Source of the DNA: Lingula anatina
Taxonomy: Eukaryota; Animalia; Brachiopoda
Length of the DNA stretch: 64,000 nt
Reading direction: 5' to 3'
Assembly (NCBI GenBank): GCA_051362555.1
Contig: CM120640.1
Coordinates: 61,048,788 to 61,112,787, forward strand
Position numbers and translations under genes: made by a program. Shown one piece after another: positions 26,501 to 38,600 of the stretch (positions are counted from its first letter, which is position 1; each line of letters begins with the position of its first letter). The notes beneath the pieces were generated by a model, which worked only from the letters and a program-made list of their open reading frames with translations, was not told the origin of the DNA and made no database searches.

Positions 26501-29500
26501 TTCCCATTCTTCTTCACAGTTGTAGCACAGGAAAGGGACTACATGGCACAGAACTCCATGTGTGTTGCACTTAAAGTTGAGTCTGACATTTGAAGAGGTT
26601 TTAGTATAGTAATCTGGTAACACTTGAGTTGGTTTTCAAGAACAAAGTTACAACCATGGGTTCTGACCCTCTTTAAGTGGTTCCTTCTCCATGAACCTAA
26701 CACCTTGGTGTGTGAAAAGGGTGAGAACACATGGGGCTGACCTTACTAGTATCTGCAACAACCTGACACTGGATACTGAAATAACCAATGGGTGAATAGA
26801 TTTCTTTTGGTGATTATCTTGTGGCAGGGTGGGAAGATATTATTACTGCTGGTGATATATTTCTGAGCCAGAAAAGCAGTGATGGCTAGTTGTTGAATAG
26901 TGAGATAACATGCTGTGGAAATGAGGCACAACCAGAATTGGTTCAGAGTGGTGTCTGTCATGACAAACCAATCAATTTTAAAGTTTCTCTTCTTTGACTT
27001 ATCAGATATATGCATATGTAATTAAATGTTTTACATCTGGATTTTCTAACATTAATTATGTAATAGGACAAAAATGCCTTGTTATATTACTGCTTATGTC
27101 CTATACTTTTCAATATTACCAGAAAGGTAACTGATCTACACTTGTAAACTCACAGTATTTACTGCAGTCTGCCTGGGAAGATATTTGGTTTGTACTTGCC
27201 TCACCAGAAATTTACAGTAAATGATCAGTGAGACATGCCAAACATTTCTACCATTGCAAATTCAGGTCACAATGACCATGAAAAGGACCTTCAGAAAAAG
27301 TGTACTGTGCATATCATAGGAAAGCAAAAACTGCTCCCTGTCTCTATCCAAACACTGAAGCAATCATATCAACATCTGAGAAATTGAAGTATAAACAGTG
27401 GGTCTTCTCACCTGTGGTTCTTTCACTAAATGTGTGTGGTGATGGGAGCTTGCAGAGGTGGACCGTTTGGCTACTTGTCGATGTTGAAAATGGTAGATAT
27501 CGTCCATTATCTGAAAGCACACATTTTAACATATGAAATGAAATAAACCCATCTTATGGGCTATATATTTAATGTTTTACACTGATTTCGTGTATGCAAA
27601 GGCTGTGTTTGAGAAATACTAACAATGTTTGCCCTAAGCTCTTCGTCATGTTAAATTAAAGATAACCCATATGCCTGCAGTTGTCGCTGAAAGTTCAAAA
27701 ACAAGTTTTTTTCTACCAAACAATGAGCTAAAACACACTGGACACATTGGAAAAAGCTCAACATTATATAATGAGAAGTACACAATCACGTAGAACAATT
27801 CTTAGTTTAATTTGAAATACAATCAGGGCATAACATAGAAACAGAACAGTAGAGAAATTAACATACATGTTTTTATACTTATCTGTATATGTTTAAGGCC
27901 CCATTCAGAATGGATGATCCAAATACACACTGATCCGCCGACTAAATATGGCTGACCACAGTTCAAAAGTGATGCCACTGATTCCTGATGGTCTTCCCGA
28001 CTCCACACACGCCTTTAAATGGATTAAATCTCTGCTCCAAGTTTTAATTGGTAGGCCCTTTCAGCAGCAGCGCCTGTGGAAGGGGGGGGGGAAGACTTTC
28101 AGGAATCAGGCATCGCTTTTGAACTGTAGTCGGCCATATTTAGTTGGCGGATCAGTAAGTACTTGGATTATCTACTTTGAATGGGGCTTTACTGACACTC
28201 ATGAATGTTTACATTACTCTGAGGATAATTTACATTCAAAGTGTGTTGGCAATGCTAATTTCAGGTATAAAGCCAACTCACTGGATAATGGGCTGAAGAC
28301 TGAATTTTTACTCCCAAATCTATTATACACAATATGGCATGCTTTTCAAATGGCTTAAGGAGAGGGGAACAAGTTAAAAGAATTAATAATAATGAAGATG
28401 CTTAATATCAGGTGATAAGGAAAAAAAAAACATTTAACATTTCAAAAACCATAAAGTAAATACTAGTACAGTACAGAGAATTTCCAGTAAATGAACACAA
28501 TCCTCTTTGGACTCTTTCCAAGATGAAGGAAAATACTCTACTGTCAAAGAACAACTTCACATTACAATGTAGTTACATTTTGAGCTTCAGACAAAACAGA
28601 TTTAGGTGAAAAAAAAAAGTTATTTATTCTACTCTGTTATCTGTGAGTTATCTATATTTGTCATGATTAACTGGATTCTCAGACTTCTGATACAATCTGA
28701 ATCAGAATGTAAACGAATATCATATGTGATCTAATATTCACATTGTTGCTGATTACAGGCTTATAACAACAGAAATCCAATAGGTTTCAAAATACACACA
28801 GCCAAAGAAATTGTACATTTGATGGATATCTATTGATTTAATTTTAGATAATCTTCCCTGAACAGTAGAAGTCACCTGGTCTTTCTCAGATATATTGTTG
28901 AAATATTAATAGTTAACAACACGTGTCACTTTTGTCCATTCAAACAAAAAAAGAGACAATAATAATAGTGGCCTTATAATAAATTAATGACACGAGTCTT
29001 CTTAACCAGGAAGTTAAATATTCATGTTCATAGAACTCTTGGAAACTATTCTAATATTTTTAAAATGCAACTGTATAAAATTACTACAAAGTGTAAAATA
29101 TGTTTGATAAAGCTTAAATTATTCATTTTTTCTATTACAGACTCATATTTTATCAGTTTCATGTTTTTTTCCTTTCTTTTTTTATTTTTGACTCCCTTTT
29201 TGACATATGTTATACGTTAAATTAAAAAAAAAAAAAGAAAGAAACGCGCTTAAAATTTCATAAGGAAAAAAATCCAAACACTATCAACGTGCTTTTCGGG
29301 AAGTAATGTTGGGATTTGCTAGACCAAAACGACAAAAAGGAAAAAAGTACAAACCTTTCCCAGATAAGTAAATCCATGTTTTTCTGCCAACGACCTGGCC
29401 ACCCTTTCTCCTCCTTCTATGTGGACTGCCCATTTATCCGAAAAAGTTTGTGTTTCTTTGGCATAAGATATACTAAGAAAGAACTGAATAATTACACCTA

Positions 29501-29519
29501 ATGCGATCTTCAAGTTCAT
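2165..29519 (-). CDS. FURIN: Furin-like proprotein convertase (kexin/S8B family; invertebrate furin-1 type), multi-exon
   Basis: Exons in transcript order, GT-AG and phase-consistent: 29355-29519 (signal peptide [25 protein letters not shown]), 27412-27510 ([12 protein letters not shown]), 25798-25887 ([24 protein letters not shown], prodomain cleavage site), 16113-16244 ([15 protein letters not shown], catalytic Asp), 15218-15294, 11492-11580 ([11 protein letters not shown], catalytic His), 10601-10773 ([10 protein letters not shown]), 9472-9684 (WASGNGG, oxyanion Asn), 8863-8963 (HTGTSASAP, catalytic Ser), 7567-7670 (WRDLQH), 6403-6520 (FGYGLMDA), 4787-5088 (P domain), then alternative exons 3263/3204-3607 and 2165-2355. 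More 3' exons may lie beyond position 1. Confidence 0.97.
3204..3607 (-). CDS. FURIN: Furin exon 13a: end of P domain plus Thr/Pro-rich mucin-like stalk
   Basis: Acceptor tttttgcttgcag in phase with exon 12. Encodes [19 protein letters not shown] (P-domain terminal strand) and a TTT/PT-rich stalk. It ends either at a GC donor (CAG|GCAAG, exon end 3263) or reads through to the stop at 3204 ([19 protein letters not shown]). Confidence 0.85.
6109..6362. mobile_element. Degenerate hAT-like MITE in a furin intron
   Basis: Imperfect terminal inverted repeats cagggataatt ... aattagagccctg; no clear target-site duplication. Confidence 0.35.
7466..7559. repeat. Dispersed repeat, copy 1 (paired with 9051-9143)
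   Basis: caaaagtggt..aaaaatattcataacattcatctaa..tgtcaaat..aagacatggaagacattgtggaattgtagac is closely matched at 9051-9143. Confidence 0.75.
9051..9143. repeat. Dispersed repeat, copy 2 (paired with 7466-7559)
   Basis: caaaagtggt..aaaaatatccataatattcatctaa..tgtcaaat..aagacatggaagacattgtgaaattgcagac. Confidence 0.75.
11281..11328. repeat. Poly(A) homopolymer, about 48 nt
   Basis: Seen directly. Confidence 0.95.
16894..16940. repeat. (GA)n microsatellite
   Basis: Seen directly. Confidence 0.95.
20483..20534. repeat. Poly(T) homopolymer, about 52 nt
   Basis: Seen directly. Confidence 0.95.
23545..23935. mobile_element. Non-autonomous hAT-like DNA transposon with 5-bp target-site duplication
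   Basis: TIRs catgggcgtaactag / ctggttacgcccctg, flanked on both sides by tagaa (23540-23544, 23936-23940). A homologous fragment lies in reverse orientation at 45368-45560. Confidence 0.8.
24000..24552. mobile_element. PIF/Harbinger-type MITE
   Basis: TIRs taccccgttcacactac / gtagtgtgaatggggta, TAA duplication on both sides (23997-23999, 24553-24555), internal gtgtgaacgcaa repeats, CpG-rich relative to flanks. Confidence 0.88.
27897..28188. mobile_element. Fold-back Harbinger-like MITE, family A copy 1
   Basis: Long inverted arms ggccccattcagaatggatgatccaa..ctgatccgccgactaaatatggc / gccatatttagttggcggatcag..ttggattatctactttgaatggggc with taa/tta flanks. Second copy at 56320-56541. Confidence 0.85.
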
Positions 29520-29900
29520 CGTCTTTAGAAAAAGTAAATTATCATGAAGAGAAAGGACGAATAGTGCTTGCGATAACTACAATCCCGCTTCTTCACTGTT
29601 TTGACCTGGGCTGACTGTGTGCCCGAATCGCGATCGCTCAAAAAACTTTACGAGCGTAGAAATACGCTTTACAAATAAAAATGTTGATGAATTTCGAAAA
29701 GAAAAGCCCCTCTGGTGTTGCCTCATAATAGGTCACTCTTATCGTGGATGTTTTCCATTCATAGCCGATACTGTTCTTGATGAAGCGAATGAAACTACCG
29801 GCCACACATCGTCCTATCGACTGAAACTTCAAGGCACAAATGGCGTATCCGGGGTCGTATTTGCGGATATGATGTCATAAATCACGACGCACGCGCATTC
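29520..29900. promoter_or_regulatory. Candidate bidirectional promoter (furin / RAI14-like)
   Basis: Local CpG enrichment (aatcgcgatcgc, cacgacgcacgcgc) directly upstream of the furin ATG in a CpG-depleted genome. The divergent gene starts downstream, with candidate 5'UTR donors near 30161-30165, 31236 and 31329. TSS not observable. Confidence 0.55.
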
Positions 29901-30752
29901 TGTTGCATTTACAAATAGCTAATAAAACTAAGATTCCAGTGGTTTTCAACCGAAAGATGAATTAAATAATAATTTCAGTGACTTTGCATTAACATATCAT
30001 ACCAAAACCATTCTTATAGCCACAAACTTAGATTGGTATTTGTATCAGTTGTTCTCATATTATGGAATGAAGATCTTACATGTTATTTGATGTGTGTTTC
30101 GCATTACACTCTTCTTGCTCTATGGTATGAATAACCAGCATCAACAAACGAGCAAAGCAGGTGGGTGAGTTGAGTATTGTTTTTTCATGAAAACATCATA
30201 TATCACTATGTCGTAAACATGTGTTTCATATTCTCCTTGCATTCTTATCGTATCTCAAGGTATAATTGAGAGTCAATAAACGGAATATTGCTTGCAGTGC
30301 ATTGTTAAGTTGAAAAGAAAAGAAAGAGCCGGTTAATTCATTGAAAGTGACAGTGGTACTGACAAAAAAGTTGTTACTGTTTGTGTTGGTGTGTTACTAA
30401 ACAAAATTGCTGAAATTGTTACAGTGGTGATGGCAGTCCAAAAGTTCTCCAATGCGACAATGTTTGAAAAAACATGTACCTGCTGCAGCCATACTTTAAA
30501 TCGGTTATTCAAATGCAAGGCGAGAAGCAATTCTAGTATACTACAAGTGTATTCCAGAAACGAAATCATAGCATAAGTGGCATAAGTCATACAAAAAATT
30601 GTGGTTAAGGTCGACAGTGAAACCAGTTGTCATACAAATCTACTTTAAAAATAATGGATTTCAATTTTAGAGTTTCAGTGTCAGTGTCTGCAGTGTAGCC
30701 TTCATTAACATTAAAGTTCTTGATCTAACATATATGTACCAGTACTCATAGC

Positions 30753-30818
30753 AAGGGTTTACCAGTGAACTATCCAACCATCATTTGGACAGCCACCTGC
30801 ATCACCAGACAGCCTATT

Positions 30819-30850
<32 letters not shown>

Positions 30851-30966
30851 GAAATTTGATGGCTTTAGGCATACTAGTACATGTACCTGGACTCCCTGAA
30901 ATTTTGTAGGAAATTACAGGTGGTAATTTTGGACAGCCTGTACCATCAATCCTGGGAAAAGCCCTA
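30753..30966. mobile_element. Degenerate hAT-like MITE
   Basis: Imperfect termini aagggtttaccag / ctgggaaaagccct, three internal gacagcc repeats, internal poly(T). Confidence 0.4.
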
Positions 30967-31846
30967 ACTCACAGTACCGTTGAAGTACTGTGTAGTACCG
31001 CTGAATTGTTTCCTACTTGGAAGCAAACTTGAACAATCATGTGGGCCAAGCAACTTCCATTGTACACGATTCTGTGCAGTTCCTGGTGAGCACAAATCTT
31101 GCATTATGATTTGGCCTGTTTTGCACATTAAGACATCTGTTTATGATAGGAGGTATATTTCTTTGTTAACGGCAGTTTTTAGTGAGTGTACAATATCATA
31201 ACATATATAGCATATACAGCAGCATCCCTGGCTGGTGAGTAGATAAATCTTACATCATCCATAGTGCTTTTGATGGGAAAATTGGTTGGCTTTTCATATG
31301 TACATGTATCTTATTAAAGAGGAAACAGGTAAGCAAGTCTGAAAAGATATAAGAGCTCTGACATGCAGCTACGTCAGTATTTCACTTTCTTTAACAGTTA
31401 CATAAAGGGGTAAATCTACATGTATATCTTTCTTGTGCTAGCACATTGTCAATATCAGAAATCATAAATAGGTGTGAATTTTAATATTCCTATTAGGGAA
31501 TTCCATAGATCAAAAGAGTTCCTGAGAATTATGTCACCTGTAGAAAACATTTTTTTTTACTTTGCTTGCTTACCACTTTAATAGCATGTGAGTCATATTT
31601 GTATGGCTTAAAATATACAGTCCTGACTTCTTGGGTGGTTTATCTTTTAAGTTCTACTCCTTGTCTACAGAGGATTTACCATGCTGTAGTACCAGTGTCA
31701 CTAGTTATAGCAATGGGTATAATTAACATAAAAACTTCTGAATAGGTTACACATTCATTTTTGTGTGGAGTAAATGGATATAATATTTTTGTAGTTGTAG
31801 TATGATTTGGTTAAAGAGTTGCCTTATTTTGCATTATAAGCCTTAA

Positions 31847-32549
31847 GGATATTGTCACCCTTCACCCAAAACTCCTTATTTACTGCCTTACATACATTCT
31901 TTTGGGTAATAAATAAATCTTCAGTGTTTATTGACTAAATTAATTAACATTTATACATATGTCATCCTACGGGTGATACCATAATTGCGATTTTTGGGTA
32001 AAAACTGGAAAAAAAACGGTTTCTCAAATTTCTCTTTTACCTGAGCACCCATGATCACCATTTCAATGCTGATTTAATGACACCATTTAGTACTCCAAAA
32101 CCCTGCTAGCAATTTTTCTTACAAGTCGTTGATAAAGCAAAATGATGCCTTTGTTTAATGAAATTCTGTAATTAGGGGCTCATAACTTTGTGACAAAAAC
32201 ATTTAAACCAAAACGACCTCACAGGATTGTAGTCTATGCACTCGTGGTCTACTCTGCCAATTTTTTTGTGATAAAATCTTGTTCAAGGATGAAGTTACAC
32301 CCATACCGATTGCTATCTCACCTCAAAATAAAAAGGTATTAAATTGATTGTTAAAACTTTGAGTTACCTATGCTTATAATAACAAAAAATATAAAGGTCG
32401 ATATTTTACATTTTCGAGGGCTTTTTCATTGTTTTAAATTGGCACAAAGATAGATGCATAATTGAATAATTAGATGCAAAAAAAAAAAAAAAAGAAAAAA
32501 ACAAACTCATTTTAAGTATCTGGATGATAAATAAAGGGTTACAATATCC
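31847..32549. mobile_element. Kolobok-like non-autonomous DNA transposon (TTAA duplication)
   Basis: TIRs ggatattgtcaccctt / aagggttacaatatcc; TTAA at 31843-31846 and 32550-32553. Confidence 0.85.
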
Positions 32550-32666
32550 TTAAAACGTTAACAAAATGATATCTAATGATATATTTCCATTTTATGTTTC
32601 AGTATTTCTTGATGTCAAGATTTGCCTTAAAGAATGCTAAAAACGGAACCTGTGACATGAATCAAC

Positions 32667-35600
32667 ATGTCAAAGATGAAAAATCTCTTCAAGTTCAAAA
32701 AGAGCACCAGTGATGTAAGTGATTTATTGATTGCAAATGATTTTAATTCTTTCATAGCCTGGTGTTCTTGAAAATCCTAATCTATGTGTCATTATTATAC
32801 TTATTTTTTACTAATTGCATGGTTAAGTTATTTGGTTATTTTCTAAATGTAGTGTACATGCAAATTAATCTTTCAGGATTATGATGTAAAATTTATAAGC
32901 TATAAATTGACCCGCCAGTTTCAGTAATGAGAAAAACATATATAATGTGTTACCTTGACTTGGTTGTATTTAAGGTAATTACTCAATCTTTTCAATGGGA
33001 GTAATTTATGGATGTTACAGACACTGCATTTTTTAAGTCATAATTGCTTTAAATTAGAACATTCTTATTGAGTGGTATGAATTAATTAAAAAGCAGACTA
33101 CTCAATAGTTCTATTCTATGCAGTTAAAAGCACCACAAATATCATATAGAAATATAATTTTTGTGATTACAAAATTATGTATCTGAAAGATTGATCATTT
33201 TTGTCCATGGAGAAGTTTGAGCCATTACCGTATATTTTTGTTTTTTGGTTGGATTATATTTCTGCTGTTTCATTGCCCAGTAGGAATACATATGGTTTTT
33301 GTTTGTAAATTTGTATAGATTATAATGTCTCTTCTTGAACACAGCTCTGTTTTGAAAATTTTCATTCTTAAAATGAATTTTCATGCTTCAGGTGGTGATA
33401 TTGACTGTTAACAGACTCAGATATGTAATCTATTTGTCCTGGTAGTGGATTAGTTTGACAAAATAAAATAATAAAAAACATTAGAACTGTAAAATAGAGA
33501 ATGCTGTTACCAAGTCACCTTTGTTGTTGCAGTGTAAACCTCTTCTTTTTTAATAAGCTGCATTCATCTCATATAACACAATATTTGTTTCTGTGTTATG
33601 TCAACTGGCTATGCTGTAGCAACATGCGGTGCATGTGGGTTACAAATAGAGGAAGAAGTTCATAAGGGTTTTGAAAAGACTTGCCAATAGCTGGGTATTG
33701 TTTATAATGTGTCAAATCAGAATTAGTTGATATAAAAATAAATAAATAAATTTTCTAGAGGTCACTGTTATGGGAGTTTTAAAGGGATTGCATAAATTGC
33801 TGGTTAAATTAATTTTTAAAGGGATTGTTGTTGGTAAAATGTACAAGAGTCTGGGATAACTGAACAACCACTTCTCCATATTTCTGTTGCTGACATCATA
33901 TTGCACAAACCTCCTAGTAACATAAAGCATCATGTGCTACAGAAAGTTTAGTATTTATGACTTGCTAATTTTGCATTTAATTTTGCAACAGGTTAGCAAG
34001 CAGTATATGGCATTTGAAGCAAAGTGCTAATTGCCTATCCCATATTGATATAAAAGCAAGATGTTTCTATGATTTTGAAAGTCAAAAAATTATCCTCCTG
34101 TGCTGATAATTTTTTTCCCTGAAAATACAATCATTATTTTTGTAGTTTTTTGTCACTGGATATTTTTTTATTTTAGGATGGTTATATCATTTTGATATTT
34201 CCTTCTGTAGCCTGTAGATCAAAGCTCAAAGGGTAAACTGCAGCTGTTTTTTAATCTCCACTTTATAACTTCTCTTTTAGTACAGCTGTTTAATGCTGTT
34301 TTAGTTTTAGGGTTATACCCCCATAAAATCTTTTTATGTTAGTGGACAGTGTACTGTTATTCTGTTTGTCATTAAACAAGCGATTCACTAGGTATTTTTC
34401 TCTTCTTTCTGAAAGAAGGTATGGGAAAAATAATTTTTTGTGAATGTGATTTTGAATTCAATTTATTGAAGCCAGCAAAGTCCAGAATTCTTTTATAATG
34501 CAATGTTAATATTTTAAAAGAAAGAATTATTCTTTGAACATTCAGAAAGGCTTGTAGGTAATCTTGAAATTATTATCTAAAATTCAGGCATGTTAAAAAG
34601 TTCCCGGAAATAATAACAAGGTAAAATTGGAAATTTGCCTAAGTACTTCGGTTTGAAGAAGGTTAAAGGCAGTAATGCTGTGATTTATTCACCCACGAGT
34701 AAATGGTTGCTGATGTACCTGCCTGTATATAAACGCACTTTTCCTTATTTTACTTTCTTTATGAGTCTCAATTGAGTCTAATCATCAGCATCAATCAGTG
34801 GTTTATTTGATCTTGACATTTCCTTTGACATTTGCAGCATTTTCCAGGTGATAAGGAAGCCCTCTGTTTGACCCTCTCAGTTAGATCAGTGACCATAAAA
34901 TGTTGGTTTTACTAACACTGACTATATACCTCATTAAACTTGTGGGATTTGGGTATAGTGTCAGTAAGGTCACTTAGGAGAGGAGAGTTGGGGAAGTTGC
35001 AATTAGAAAATGAAGTGTGAAAGAAGCAGTTTATAATTGCTGTCCCCTTTTATGAGCAGATTGCTAAAACAAAGACTTTTATGTATGAGAATGGCTTTAC
35101 AAACAATATTTAAATAAAATTGCTCGATTATTCAGCAACATCTTAAAGGGTATTTAAGAGACATTTAGATTTAATTACAAATTAAACAAGAAAATGAAAG
35201 TTGTACTGGCAGCATATTTATTCTATCTAAATCTAACTTTGTTTTACACTGCATTATAATTGCATAAATGATTGCTATATTTTTAGTCTATTTCATAAAT
35301 AGATATCTGATAATAATGTAACTATCTTTTCATATAAATAAATAAAACATTGTTAACATTTATTTAAATATGGAGCAAAAAAAAAAAAAAAATCACGTGT
35401 TAGACCAGGGATCGAACCTGGGACTTCTTGCTTACAAAACAGAGTGACTGCTCTACCACCTGAGCTATCTAGCTTTTTCATCTAGTTTTTAGCACTATAA
35501 CACACATACTTGACATTCCCGAAAAAATTGTCTAAACAGTCCTTCGAACCACACTCGTGCTTGACCTTGAAATATGAGTAAACCGTCCTTTTCCAGCCAC

Positions 35601-38600
35601 ACTTTAACACTTAATAACTGCAAATTGAACGTCCCAATGGCCTGAACGAAGCAACCGGATGATATATGATGCATACATTTACCCCCTAAAACACCTACCT
35701 CGTCTCAAAAAATGATTTCCACGTCAAGATGTCCAATTTGCATGTTTCATCGACGAGGTAATGGCTGCCGTTCAACGGCCTCTTCCATTTTAACCATGCA
35801 TCTTATGGGCACAAAAGCCATAGAACGGGGCAGCTTACCGGCACAACCATATACTGCCTTCCTACACCGAATCTGGCTGAACGAGCAATAGCCCTGCAAA
35901 ATTCTTTTGCAAGGAATAAACTAATAAAATTTGTAGAATTAAAGTTACTTGATTTATTCAGCAACATCTTAAAGGGTATTTAAGAGATCTTTGAAAACAG
36001 AAAAATGTTTCATTTGCAAAAACTGATAAGGTTTTGATTACATATACATGTAGAATCTTAATTTGGTTTTATAGCTAACTGAGTGGAATAAGACTGATGA
36101 AAAACTTCTGCAAGCTGTTCAGAATGGTGACACACATAAGGTGGAGGCTTTGCTAAGCAAGAAGAACACCTCTGCGACAAAGCAAGATTTACAGGGAAGG
36201 ACTGTGTAAGTGCATTTGACATCTGTTACTGATTTATAGATTTCTTTATTCTTTGAGGAAAAAATGATCAATTAAATAAAAATTACAAGATTTTGGTTAA
36301 AAACATATTGATTACTGGTTCAATATCTCAATATGCTACTCAGTAGCCTTTAATGAAGACTACAAGAATGTGAATAAAACAAATAAAAATATCATAGAGT
36401 CATCATCATAAGATCCCAGTGTCAGGTGTGATTGATAGGTTAAGCTTATCTTTTTTTACCATGGTTAATTTAAATCTTGTGAATACTATAACACTTCTAC
36501 ATGTTTACTCTACAATTGTGTTTTTGGTACCTTTTAGAAAACCACCCCTGATACTGTATTGATCATTTCTGTGCTAGTTTCATGTTTGTTGTCCTTCATG
36601 GCACACATATGCAACTCGCTGTGAATTTCAGCAGCTTATCTTATGAAATACAGCATAATTTTGAGAGTGCCTTTTCCCAGAATTTTTGGTGGAGCTTTTT
36701 GTAGACTTTGAAAAAAAAAACATTGTTCCTGTTATGATTGAAATGATTACATGGCATATATATGGTATTTTGAAAGTTTATGAAAGGTGAAAATTTTTGA
36801 TTGGAAGCCACTATTTCCTTAATAAAGTGCTAATAACTTATAAGGGAAGGGCAGTAATGTCATCTATTTCAGAATCTGAAGCAATTTCTCTTTAATGATG
36901 TAATTAATTGCTATAATATGCTTTAGAAAGAATTCATTCACTTTATTAAAAACTAAATGTCCCTAACTTTTTTTAAGTCTTCATTACGCAGCCACTCATG
37001 GAAAAGATGATTCCTTAGAAATTTTATTGAGCCATGGGGCAGAGATTAATGCTGCAGATTTTCAAGGTAGGCTTCTAAGAAATCTTGAATCTTTTATCAT
37101 TATATTGCATACATGCTAGGACTGATGATGCTTTATCTATTAATTAACAATGTTTTGTTTATGTTGATGATAATCTTGGTGTGCTTTTCAAGCAAGTTAT
37201 TCTTATTTTGTTCGTTTGGGCTTAGCTTTTTGTAGTATTAGGCATGCATTTTTTTTTTCCACAGTGTGAATTTTCAAGAGGATTGCTTGTTTTAGAAAAA
37301 TAACCATTATCTTCAAGTTGACTAGAATCATGTTTTGATTTTTTTTATATATATACAGACACTGTAAGTATCTGTATATTTTCTGATTGGTCTGTCTGTC
37401 CGCGTCATCGCTGTTGCCATCACTGTTGGTGTCGCCGTTGCCAACGGTGTCGCTGTCCGACACATGACATTTGTCCCATAACTTCCAAATTGAATTTTTG
37501 TTTTACTTTAAATTTTCAGAGTGGCTTTGTTTGGTAAAGATGCAGGTTGCTTTTGAAAATCAGCATGATTGGTTAACATTTACTGTAATTGTTCTGTTTT
37601 TTTTGCACAATTTTGGTGATGTTCACCTTATAACTGGCAAACCATATTTTTGTTTCACTTTTAATTTACTGAATGGCTTTTTGTTGTAAAGAGGCAGGCT
37701 GCTTTCGAAGATCAGCATGATCAGTTTATATTTACGGTAATTCTGTTTTTTTTTTTACATAATTTTGGTGACGTTCGCCCCATACCTGCCAAACTGTATT
37801 TTGGTTTTACTCTAAATTTACTGAGTGGCTTTGTTTGCTCGAGGCAGGTTGCTTTCGAAAATCAGCATTATCAGTTTACATCTTTGGTAATTATTTTGTT
37901 TTTTTTATGTGTGAAATTTTCATTTTTCACACATTAGCATTTTTAGTGGCTTTTATATCACATGGAATTGAATCACTTGTGATTCAGCTATTTTAAAGCA
38001 TTATGTAACAGTGCATCAAAATTGGCCAAAACATTTTTTGTGTACTTTTTTCTGTGTAATGTCTGAATATTTGACAGCTTTGCTGTGTTGTTTCCTGTAT
38101 GGTGTCTGTATATTTGTCAGCTTTGCTGTCTAGATATATTTATCAAAGAGATATAAAGAAGTTTTATGTTTGTCACTGGAAATATCTTTTTTCTCATTTA
38201 GGGAAGACATCTCTCCATTGTGCTGCCAGACATGGATGGGCAGGGCTTATTCAAAAATTGCTTCAGGTAATTTGAGGAAAGAGTCACTCTAACTTTTGAG
38301 ATATTGGTAAATGCATCCCTCTGGATTCTTTGTTATTCTGTTAACTTTTGTTTTAGGCCAATGCAGGTCTAGAGTATATAGATGAGGCTGGCATGACAGC
38401 CCTGCACCATGCCTGTTTGGGAGGACATCTACATTGTGTTCAGGTGCTGATTAAAGCAGGGGCAAAGCTAAATGCTGCAAATAAAGTAAGCATGTAATTG
38501 GATTAATTGGTATATTACATGAAAACATGTCGTGTTACTTAGTTACAGGATAGGTTAAAAACACATATTGATCTCCATTTGTTTTTCTATTTACATCTGT

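Noticed and set aside
29617-29880. 87-aa and 64-aa ORFs in the divergent promoter region
   Set aside because: No recognisable domain, non-ATG starts; explained by higher local GC.
35397-35474. Functional tRNA-Thr gene
   Set aside because: Two acceptor-stem mismatches, about 5 extra nt before the anticodon arm and a poorly paired anticodon stem; kept as tRNA-like only.
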